DNA from: Malacoraja senta
Lineage: Eukaryota
Reading direction: 5' to 3'
NCBI GenBank assembly: GCA_038087875.1
Contig: CM075996.1
Span: 5,458,001-5,522,000 of the forward strand
DNA: 64,000 bases
In this document: piece by piece, positions 27,135 to 37,745 of the stretch
How positions within the stretch are numbered: the first letter of the stretch is position 1
Layout: each line of letters opens with the position of its first letter
Program-made: the position numbers and the translations under genes
Notes under the pieces: model-generated
Told to the model about the DNA's origin: nothing
Databases searched by the model: none
Seen by the model: only the letters and a program-made list of their open reading frames with translations

Positions 27135-27775
27135 ATAGAAAACATAGAAACATAGAGAATAGCTGCAGGAGTAGGCCATTCGGCCCTTCGAGCCTGCACC
27201 GCCATTCAATATGATCATGGCTGATCATCCAACTCAGTATCCTGTACCTGCCTTATCTCCATACCCCCTGATCCCTTTAGCCACAAGGGCCACATCTAAC
27301 TCCCTCTTAAATATAGCCAATGAACTGGCCTCAACTACCTTCTGTGGCAGAGAGTTCCAGAGATTCACCACTCTCTGTGTGAAAAATGTTTTCACACCTC
27401 GGTCCTAAAGGATTTCCCCTTAATCCTTAAACTGTGACCCCTTGTCCTGGACTTCCCCAACATCGGGAACAATCTTCCTGCATCTAGCCTGTCCAACCCC
27501 TTAAGAATTTTGTAAGTTTCTATAAGATCCCCCCTCAATCTTATAAATTCTAGCGAGTACAAGCCGAGTCTATCCAGTCTTTCTTCATATGAAAGTCCTG
27601 ACATCCCAGGAATCAATCTGGTGAACCTTCTCTGTACTCCCTCTATGGCAAGAATGTCTTTCCTCAGATTTGGAATGTCTTTCCTCAGATTTGGCTGATC
27701 ATCCAACTCAGTATCCTGTACCTGCCTTCTCTCCATACCCCCTGATCGCTTTAGCCACAAGGGATCAGGGGGTAT
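27135..27775 (-). mobile_element. CR1 LINE 3' fragment with rearranged 5' junction
   Basis: ORF 27392..27760 matches the CR1 C-terminus. Tail ATAGAAACATAG at 27135. Confidence 0.9.
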
Positions 27776-28276
27776 CTGTGCTGGTTTAAATCAAAGATAG
27801 ACACAAAATGTTGGAGTAACTCAGCGGGACAGGCAGCATCTCTGGAGAGAAGGAATGGGTGACGTTTCAGGTCGAGACCCTTCTTCAGACTGGTCTCCCA
27901 CCCCTCCCCTATAAAGGAAATGGTGCCTCAAGAAGGTGGTTATTTCATCAAAGATCCACTCACCACCTTAGTCACCCTCGTAACTCGCTGTTGCCATCGG
28001 GAAGGTGGGGACAGGCATTTGAGAAACATGACCTCAAAAAGCAAAAAACCAACAAAAAGCTTTTCACTGTACCTCGGTACACATGACAATAAACTAAACA
28101 AACTGAACTGAACCTCAATAGTCATCTTCAATGTTTAATGGTTGGTTCAATGGTGTTTTATTGTCATAGGTGCCTATGTACGGTGAGATTCCTATTTTGC
28201 TTCCAGTTCAGTAAAAATCATATTATACATAGGCACAATCATACTCAAGCACAAGTTAGTCAGAACAGTAGATTAG

Positions 28277-29438
28277 TAAAGTCAAGTCACATTTATTTAT
28301 ATAGCACATTTAAAAAACAACTCTCGTTGGCCAAAGTGCTTTACATTTGTTATAAGAATAGCACAAACAAAACAAACTACATACATATATACATGTAGCC
28401 CTCACTCGGAGGACGTCAGGAAAGGCTTGGGAGTATAGATAAGTCTTTAGTCTTGACTTAAAAGAGTCGATGGAGGGGGCAGTTCTGATGGGAAAGGGAA
28501 TGCTGTTCCACAGTCTAGGGGCTGCAACCACAAAGGCGCGGTCGCCCCAGAGCTTATGCCTAGACCGTGGGATATTCAGCAACCCCAAGTCGGCCAATCT
28601 GAGGGGCCTGGAGGTGGAGTGGTGGGTGAGAAGACTTTTGATGTAGGTGGGGGCAAGCCCATTGAGGGCTTTGTAGACATGGAGGAGGATCTTGAAGTTT
28701 ATACGGAACCGCACAGGGAGCCAGTGGAGAGAGGCCAGGATCGGGGTGATGTGGTCCCTTTTTCGGGTGCCCGTCAGGAGTCTCGCTGCGGCATTTTGGA
28801 CCAGTTGCAGGCGGGACAGGGAAGATTGGCTGATGCCAGTGTAAAGGGAGTTGCAGTAATCTAGGCGGGAGTAGATGAATGTGTGGATGATCTTTTCGAG
28901 GTCATCAAACTGGAGAAATTGTTTTATTTTAGCTATCGTCTGAAGCTGAAAGAAGCTAGCTTTTACCACGGCATTGACCTGTTTGTCAAATTTCAGTGCT
29001 GAGTCAAATATCACGCCAAGGTTTATGACGTGAGGTTTGAGTAGTGGGGTAAGGCTTCCAAGGCTGCCTGCTATCATTTTGATTGAGTCCGAGGGGCCGA
29101 GAAGGATGACCTCAGACTTACTCTCATTTAGTTGGAGGAAGTTCTGGGCCATCCAACACTTTATATCCACAAGGCAGTGGGTAAGGTTAAACAGATTTGA
29201 TTGGTTTTGGGGCTTATGGGGCAGATAGAGTTGTGTATCGTCTGCGTAGCAATGGAAGGAAATGCCGTGCCTTTCAATGACTTGGCCTAAGGGGAGCATA
29301 TACAGGGAGAAGAGAATGGGGCCAAAGGATGGAACTTTGTGGAACCCCACAGCAGAGATTAGCTGGGGAGGAGAATGAGTTGCCTATGTTAGTCGCGAAA
29401 CTCCTACCTTTGAGGTAGGAGATGAACCAGCTCAGGGC
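28277..29438 (-). mobile_element. 5'-truncated L2-clade LINE (RT C-terminus)
   Basis: ORF 28310..29350 contains HCYADDTQLY, WM.QNFLQLN.SK, SRLDYCNSL and LHWLP. L2-type tail and a possible AGATTAG duplication at 28270-28276 and 29439-29445. Confidence 0.93.
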
Positions 29439-30117
29439 AGATTAGACCAAGGCAACACACAAGAGTTAATCTCCCCCTACTACAAACAGGCTGAAGAAAG
29501 GCCCTGACTCAAAATGTTGCCTGTCCATTCTCTTCGCAGATGCTGCCTGAGTTACTCCAGGACTTTGTGTTTTGCTCAAGATTCCAGTGTCTGCAGTTCC
29601 ATGTATCTCCACTAATCACCCTTTGCTTCCTGTCGCAGGCGGGACAGGGAAGATCTATGATCTTTGCTTGAAACATTCCCTTCAATCCCATGGGCTTCAT
29701 TGAGGGAGTTTTGCAAACAGACTTTTGCATCTAATTCCTGGCTAGGTTCCAGTGGGTGTCCCTCTTTCTCTGATTCTTTTTCTCACACAGTTGGCAATTT
29801 TTTTTTTATAAGGGTGTACATTTCCTAAGAGTCAGCAAAGTGTTAATCAAAGCCTCCTGCATTATAACGAGCCTTTAAAATTCTGTTTTGAGAAAAGATG
29901 AAAGAACTCTCATGAAAGGCTAAGCAAATATATCCATTGTTTCATGCTGCATCAGCAAAAAGAACAATAACAGATTTATAAACCAGCTGAATATTTCAGG
30001 GCACTTCACAGGGGGGTTAGCAAACACATTTTGTCACAGAGACACATGAGAAGACATAAACAGCAGCACAGTGGAGCAGCAGTTAGTGCAGCTACATCAC
30101 AGCTCAAGTCACCTGAA

Positions 30118-30485
30118 GTAAGACACAAAAAGCTGGAGTAACTCAGCGGGTCAGGCAGCATCTCTGGTGAAAAGGAATAGTTGAAGTTTTGGTCGAGACC
30201 CTTTCTTCAGACTGAGAATCAGGGGAATGGGAAACGAGAGATATAGATGATGATATGGAGAGATATAGAACAAATGAAAGATATGCAAAAAAGTAACGAT
30301 GATCAAGGAAAAGTTCCATTGTTGGCTGTGGGCTAGGAGATAACGTGTATTAAAGATAATGAAAATCACCAAGACAACAGTGAAACTAGTATCACGACTA
30401 GGGTGGGGGTGGGACGGAGAGGGAGGGGATGCAAGGGTTACTTGAAGTTGGAGAAATCAATATTTGCAAGGGTTACTTGAAGTTT
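30118..30485 (-). mobile_element. Penelope-like element 3' end
   Basis: Similar to 34690-35035 and ends at the IDFSNFK* codons. Confidence 0.8.
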
Positions 30486-30529
30486 GACCCTGACCTCTGG
30501 TGCTATCTGTGTGGATTTAGCATCTTTAG

Positions 30530-31080
30530 AGTTTAGACATACATAGTGGAATCAGGCCCTTGCCCGCAGAGTATGCACTGACCAGCGATCACCCTGTAGA
30601 CAAGCACTATCCTACTACACACGAGGGACAATATACAGAAGCTAATTAACCTACAAACCTGTACGTCTTTTGAGTGTGATAGGGACCTGAATCCACAGAA
30701 ATCCCAGGCAGTCACGGGGAGAGCGTACGAACAGCAAGAGTAAGGGGTATGCCATTTAGAACGGAGACGAGGAAACACTTTTTCACACAGAGAGTTGTGA
30801 GTCTGTGGAATTCTCTGCCTCAGAGGGCGGTGGAGGCTGGTTCTCTGGATACTTTCAAGTGAGAGCTAGGTAGGGCTCTTAAGGATAGCAGAGTCAGGGG
30901 GTATGGGGAGAAGGCAGGAATGAGGTACTGATTGGGGATGATCAGCCATGATCACATTGAATGGCGGTGCTGGCTCGAAGGGCCGAATGGCCTACTCCTG
31001 CACCTATTGTCTATTGTCACCCATAGTCAGGATCGAACCTGGGTCTCTTGATGCTGTAAGGCAGGAACTCTACTGCTGTG
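30530..31080 (-). mobile_element. HE1-type SINE interrupted by a plus-strand CR1 tail (~30738-31017)
   Basis: SINE halves flank CR1 3' sequence. Confidence 0.75.
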
Positions 31081-33649
31081 TATAGTTCTGGTCACACTGC
31101 AGCCTGACCTGCTGAGTCTTTTATTTTTAAACCACCATCTCCAGTTCCTTTTCTCTCCAAGTGTTGAAGGATGTTGAGAAGAGTAGATCAGATCTGCGTT
31201 GGCAGCTATCAACTGGATTAGTCGAAAGGTCTCTCACCGTCACCTTAACTGTACCATCCGATACAATCACTCCACTCTTTTAAATCTCTTTCTACCTGTC
31301 GTACTTGTGTTTGGCTTGTGTAGTATTACCTAATTTGATTAGACAGCACACAAACAAAAGCTTTTTACTGAATGTCAGCGCTCGTGACAATAATAAACCT
31401 AAACCGCGGCAACATTTTGCTTAAGTATTCTCCAGGAATGCAATCCTTGTGCAGTCTGCAACAATGAGCATCAAGACAAAGGAGGGCATCAAGTCAGAAG
31501 GCAGGTCCCAAAGATGCTGCCATACAAGCTGAGTTACTCCAGCACTTTGTGTCTTTTTTTTTTATCAAGACAAAAACACACACATTGGTTCTTCCTAAAA
31601 ACATTGAAAAGGCCGCAACTTTTAAATATGCTCCCCCCGCTGGTACCCGTTAACAAATTTGGTGTTTTGCCAACAGCGAGGTCGATTTTTCATACACCAG
31701 TGTTGAACCATGCTGGCAACATTTGCCACTGTCAATGCTTGGCCAGAGTTGGGCACCAGGTATTATGGATAGACACAAAAAGCTGGAGTAACTCAGTGGG
31801 ACAGGCAGCATCTCTGGAGAGAAGGAAAGGATGACGTTTCGGGTCGAGACCCTTCTTCAGGCCCGACCCGACCCGAAATGTCACCCACTCCTTCTCTCCA
31901 GAGATGCTGCCCGTCCTGCTGAGTTACGCCAGCTTTTTGTGTCTATCTTCGGTTGCAAGGGAAAGGTTTTCACCTTGGCAGCAGTTGTGATCTGGAACTC
32001 ATGATCTAGAAGGGTGGGTAAAACAAAAGAGAGTGCTTTCAATAAGTAGCGTACCAGAGAGAATAATTTGCAGACTTTGGGGGAGGAAGTAGAACAATGG
32101 GACTGATTGATTGATTGATACAGCATGGAAACAGGCCATTCAGCCCATCTAGTCCACGCCGACCATCAATCACCCGTTCACACCAGTTCTATGTCATGCC
32201 ACTTTCGCATCCACTTCCTACACATCAGGGGCAATTTACAATTAACCTACAAACCCACATGACTTTGGGATGTGGGAGGAAACTTGAGCACCCGGAGAAA
32301 ACCCGCACGGTCACAGGGAGAACGTGCAAACTCCACACAGAGCGGGTTACGCTACTGGAAACTAGCATTGATTTCCTGAGCGAAATGGTCTTGCTCGGTG
32401 CATTAACAATTCACGCAAAGCTGCAAATCACAAATCCACTTGTGCACCAATAATGTGTAAGAAAGAACTGCAGATGCTGGTTTAAATCGAAGGTAGACAC
32501 AAAACCTGGAGTAACTCAGCGGGTGAGGCAGCATCTCTGGAGCGAAGGAATGGGCGACGTTTTGGGTCGAGACCTAGACTGAAGAAGGGTCTCGACCCGA
32601 AACATCGGCCATTCTTTCTCTCCTGAGATGCTGCCTCATCTGCTGTGTGCACCAATAATGGTGCATTCTAGAACCAGACCAACCAGGCAAGAGGAAAAAA
32701 AGGACACAAAGTGCTGGAGTAAGTCAGCAGAACAGGCAGCCTCACTGGAGAACATGGATAGGTGATGTTTTGGGTTGGGACCCTTCTTCAGATGTCACCT
32801 ATCCAGGTTCTCCAGAGATCCTTGTCTGACCAGCCGAGTTACTCCAGCACTTAGTGTCCCTTGTGTAGGAAGGAACTGCAGATGCTGGTTTACACTGAAG
32901 ATAGACACAAAGAGCTGGAGTAACTCAGCAGTTCAGGCAGCATCTATTGAGAACCTGAAGATCTGTCTGAAGAAGGGTCTCAACCCGAAATGTCACCTAT
33001 TCCATTTCTCCAGAGATGCTTTAAGAGGAAAAAAATGTAGGTCAGAAAAAGGGTTCCCTCATTACTTGCAAAGATATTTGTGACAATTTACAAATGCTAT
33101 TTAAATAAGCAATAGGAAGACTAAGAAGGGAAATACTTCACAATGCAGTATATGGTAGGGCCCTAGGGAGTGTGGAGCCAGTGGAACCTCAATGATCCCA
33201 GGAGGTGGCAGCACAGGCAGACAAGGTAGTGAAGAAGGCACATAGGAAATGTGTAGGAAGGAACTGCAGATGCTGGTTTAAACTGAAGAGAGACACAAAA
33301 AGCTGGAGTAACTCAGCGGGACAGGCAGCATCTCTGGAGAGAAGGAATGCATGACGTTTCGGGTCGAGACCCTTCTTCAGACTGAAAGTCACGGGGAAGG
33401 GAAACGAGAGATAGGCACATGGGATACTTGGCTTCATTAGCTTGGGCCACGGAATATCACGGTAAAACATAGCTGCAGCACTGTATGTAGTTCTGGTCAT
33501 CACCAGAAGAATGCAATTGCAGTCAAATTCACCGATCCACCGGAACGTTGGCCGGGACGGAGCATTTGAAGAGTGAAGAGTGTTTTATTGTCGTATGTTC
33601 CAAGACGGAAAAATGAAATTCTTACTTGCAGCAGCACAACAGATATGTA

Positions 33650-33791
33650 GGGGTGGGAGATTGCAACCTTCACGTAGTCCGCCCTGTTTCGACGACTGGT
33701 GTGCACAATCAAATAAGATCAAATAGAACAAGTTGTCCTACAACTTTAGGCTGTGCACGCCATACGCAAGAAGAAGAAGAAGAAGAAGAAG
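33650..33791 (+). mobile_element. Second copy of the GAA-tailed retroposon (ribozyme damaged)
   Basis: TSD AGATATGTA at 33641-33649 and 33792-33800. Same 5' GGGGTGGGAGATTGC start, but the P2 3' strand is deleted and P3 has a G>A change. Confidence 0.85.
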
Positions 33792-34138
33792 AGATATGTA
33801 AACATGTGTAAGAAAGAATTGCAGATGCTGGATTAAATCAAAAGTCGACATAAAATGCTGGAGTAACTCAGCAGGACAGGCAGCATCTCTGGAGAGAAGG
33901 AATGGGTGACGTTTCGGTTCGAGACCCTTCTCCAGATATGTGAACAAAGTACTCTGTAAAAATAATAAACAACAAATATATATACACATATATACACACA
34001 CACACACACACAAAAGTTCAGTATATTCATTGCATATTTTTTGTGGTATATTATGCTGACAGGAAGAAACTGCAGATGCTGGTTTAAACTGGAGATAGGC
34101 TCAACATGCTGGAGTAACTGCTGGAGTATATATATATA

Positions 34139-34263
34139 CAGCTTTAACTGGCAGCTGTATCATCCATTGGGAAAGTGCTGTTAGTTTAAATTATTTATAT
34201 ATATAAATAATTCAAACTAACATCACTTTCCCAGTGGATGATACCGGTGCCAGTTAAAGCCTG
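34139..34263. repeat. ~120-bp spacerless palindrome (probable tiny MITE)
   Basis: 34141-34200 versus the reverse complement of 34201-34260 shows 5 mismatches in 60. Preceded by (TA)n. Confidence 0.85.
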
Positions 34264-34649
34264 CATGTGTCGGTCAATTGGATAATATCTCCACCTTTAC
34301 GATCAGGGGACAAGATGATAGATGGAGTCTGAAGAAGGGTTCTGACCCGAAATGTCACCTATTCCTTTTTTCCAGAGATTTTGCCTGACCCGCTCAGTTA
34401 CTCCAGCATTTATGTCTATCTTCGACAAAAACAAAGAACTGCAGATGATGGTTCAAAACAAAAGGTCACAAAGTGCTGGAGTAACTCAGCAGGTCACTCA
34501 GGCGACATCTTTGGAGATCTGGAGAACATGTTCTCCAGAGATGCTGCCTGACTGGCTGAGTTACTTTGGTTCCTTTGATGGTAGGGTTGTTGCAATGTCA
34601 ATGAAAATTATTTCCCACCAAATGGTTAAACCACGAGACCACCCTGACT

Positions 34650-35085
34650 GGTGTAGGAAGGAACAGCAGATGCTGGCTTACTCCGAAAATAGACATAAAA
34701 TGCTGGAGTAACTCAGCGGGACAGGCGGCATCTCTGGGGAGAAGGAATGGGTGACGTTTCGGGTCGAGACATTTCTTCAGACTGAGAGTCACGGGAAAGG
34801 GAAACGAGAGATATGCGGAAGGGTAAGGTGTGAAAATGGGAGATCAAAGCAGACGATGGTCAAGGAAATGTAGAATGGTCCATTGTTGGTTGAGGGGAAG
34901 GTAACAGCGAGACATACAAACAGAAAAATTAATCAGGAGGACAGTGAAACTAGTTGGGAGAACTACAGTAGGGGTTGGGGAGGGACAGAGAGAGAGGGAA
35001 TACAAGGGTTACTTGAAGTTAGAGAAATCAATGGTCATCCCACTGGGTTGTAAGCTGCCCAAGCAAAATATGAGGTGCTGTTCCA
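34650..35085 (-). mobile_element. Penelope-like element 3' end
   Basis: Encodes EQHLIFCLGSLQPSGM.IDFSNFK*, then 3'UTR and a terminal repeat with tail. Confidence 0.85.
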
Positions 35086-35179
35086 TAAACCTTCTCTACA
35101 CTCTGATCTCAAGAGGGATACAAACTGTGGTGAACTTTGGAACTGGTTAAACGACCAGGATGGAGGAAGGGAGGTAGAA

Positions 35180-35365
35180 GTTACTTGAAATTAATGAATT
35201 CAACGTTCATACTGCTAGGTTGGAAGCTGCCCAAGTAGAATATGAGGTGCTGTTCCTCCAGTTTGCGCTGGGCTTCACTCTGACAGTGGGGGAGGATAGA
35301 CACAAAAAACTGGCGTAACTCAGCTGGTCGGGCAGGCATCTCCTGGACAGAAGGAATGCAACCAG
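35180..35365 (-). mobile_element. Penelope-like GIY-YIG C-terminal fragment
   Basis: ORF 35181..35456 ends HCQSEAQRKLEEQHLIFYLGSFQPSSMNVEFINFK*. Confidence 0.85.
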
Positions 35366-35384
35366 CTCGATCCTTAATCTCATC

Positions 35385-36285
35385 CATCCCTCTCCTCTCT
35401 CTCTCCTCCACCTTTCCTCTCCCACTTTCTCTGTCCCCTCCCTCCCTCTTCCCCAATTCTCCCCTTTCCCCTCTCCCTTCCCTTCCCCTCTCCTCCCTTC
35501 CCTTCTCCTCCCTTCCCTTCCCTTCCCCTCTCCTCCCTTCCCCTCTCCTCCCTTCCCCTCTCCTCTCCTCCCCTCCCTTCCCCTCTCCTCCCCTCCCTTC
35601 CCCTCTCCTCCCCTCCCTTCCCCCCTCCTCCCCTCCCTTCCCCTCTCATCCCCTCCCTTCCCCTCTCCTCCCTTCCCTTACCCTCTCCTCCCTTCCCTTC
35701 CCTTCTCCTCCCTTCCCTTCCCCTCCCTCCCTTCCCTTCCCCTCTCCTCCCTTCCCCTCTCCTCCCTTCCCGTCTCCTCCCTTCCCCTCTCCTCTCCTCC
35801 CTCCTTCCCCTCTCCTCCCCTCCCTTCCCCTCTCCTCCCCTCCCTTCCCCCTCCTCCCCCCTTCCCCTTCCCTTACCCTCTCCTCCCTTCCCTTACCCCT
35901 CTCCTTCCCTCCCCCTATCTTCCCTCCCCTTCCCCTCTCCTCCCTTCCCTTCCTTCCCTTCCCCTCTCCTCCCTTCCCTTCCCCTCTCCTCCCCGTCTCC
36001 TCCCTTCCCCTCTCCTCTCCTCCCCTCCCTTCCCCTCTCCTCCCCTCCCTTCCCCTCTCCTCCCTTCCCTTCCCCTCTCCTCCCTTCCCCTCTCCTTTCC
36101 TTCACTTCACCTATCTCCCCCCCCTCCCCTCTCCTCCCCTCCCTTCCCTTCCCCTCGCTTCCCTTCTCTTCCCTTCCCTTCCCCTATCTTCCCTTCCCCT
36201 CTCCTCCCTTCCCTTCTCCTTCCCCTCTCCTCACTCTTCACCCTCCCCTTTCTCATCTCTCCCTCTCCCTCTCCTCTCCACCCCA
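35385..36285. repeat. ~900-bp polypyrimidine low-complexity tract
   Basis: Almost exclusively C/T on the plus strand (CCCTTCCCCTCTCCT-like units). Confidence 0.95.
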
Positions 36286-36499
36286 GAATCAGGCCCACAG
36301 ATACTAGTATCTTTGGCCATGCCCTCCCACAATCCGGGTGGAGAGAGATCTTCCCTAGACGGCGTGAAGGAGGGGAGAGGGAGAGGGAGAGGGAGGGGAG
36401 AGGGAGAGGGAGAGGGAGAGGGAGAGGGAGAGGGAGAGGGAGAGGGAGAGGGAGAGGGAAGGAGAGGGAGAGGGAGAGGGGAGAGGGAGAGGGGACTTG

Positions 36500-36720
36500 C
36501 TCCTCTGTCAATCTGGGCGAAAAGGGCGGGTGCTTCCGCCGCCATGTTTCCCGTCTGAAGCAAAGAGGAGCCTGGAGACGGCGGCGGCGGGGCGGGAAGA
36601 GCGGCCCACGGAGGTGAGGGGAGCTGAGGCCCGGGGACAGTCGTCTGTCGGCCGGGGGATAGAAGCGGGGAAAGGGGATCAGACTGTGAGTGGGTGGGTG
36701 CGGGGGTAGAGAGGCGGACT
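36500..36720 (+). promoter_or_regulatory. Small CpG island: promoter and probable non-coding first exon of an unidentified plus-strand gene
   Basis: GC box, ETS-like CTTCCG and YY1-like GCCGCCATGTTT at about 36523-36549. Candidate donors GAG|GTGAGG (36613/36614) and ACT|GTGAGT (~36685). Confidence 0.6.
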
Positions 36721-36724
36721 GAGA

Positions 36725-37745
36725 GAAGAGGAGAGGGGGGGGCGAGGTAGGCCTGGCTCTGGGGTAGGGGAGTGAGGGATGGGGAAGGAGTGAGGGATGG
36801 GGAGGGGAGGGGAGAGGAGGGAGGGGAGAGGAAGGGAGTGAGGGGAGGGGAAGGGAGTGAGGGGTGGGGAGGGAAGGGAGTGAGGGGAGGGAGAGGAGGG
36901 AGGGGAAGGGAGTGAGGGGAGGGGAGGGGAGGGGAGGGAAGGGAGTGAGGGGAGGGGAGAGGAGGGAGGGGAGGGGAAGGGAGTGAGGGGTGGGGAGGGG
37001 AAGGGGGGGAGGGGAGAGGAGGAGGGGAGGGGAAGGGAGTGAGGGGAGGGGAATGAAGGGAGTGTGGGGAGGGGAAGGGAGTGGGGAGGGGAAGGGAGTG
37101 AGGGTGGGGAAGGGAGTGAGGGGAGGGGAGGGGAAGGGAGTGAGGGGTGGGGAAGGGAGTGAGGGGTGGGGAAGGGAGTGAGGGTGGGGAAGGGAGTGAG
37201 GGGAGGGGAATGAAGGGAGTGTGGGGAGGGGAAGGGAGTGGGGAGGGGAAGGGAGTGAGGGAAGGGGGGAGGGGAAGGTGGGGAGGGGAGGGGAAGAGAG
37301 TGAGGGGAGGGGAAGGGAGTGAGGGAAGGGGGAGGGGAAGGTGGGGAGGGGAGGGGAAGAGAGTGAGGGGAGGGGAAGAGTGAGGGGAAGGGAGCGAGGG
37401 GACGGGCAGTGGGAGGTGAGGGGTGGAGATGGTGGGCAGAAGGTAGAGCAGATGGCAGGGGAAGTGGACAGGGCTGGAGAAGAGGGCAGTGGGGTAGGTG
37501 ACGGGGTAGGGTGGTGAATGGCAGGGGCTGGAGGGTAAGGGGGTGGGGAGGACAAGAGGCGAGGGGGTGGGCAGGGGCTGGATGGCATGGCAAAGGCTGG
37601 AGGGGAGTGCAGTGGGCTTGAGTGGAGGGAGAGTAGGGGTTGGGCAGAAGGTGAAGGGCTGGAGAGTAGGGGAGGTGAAGGAGGGGGTAGGGGAGGGCAA
37701 GGGCTAGGCTGGAGGGGAGGGTAGGGGAAGGGCAGGAGGGGAGAT
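36725..37745. repeat. ~1-kb G-rich polypurine tract
   Basis: GGGGAAGGGAGTGAGGG-like units. A (GGGAGA)n run also lies at 36370-36495. Confidence 0.95.
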
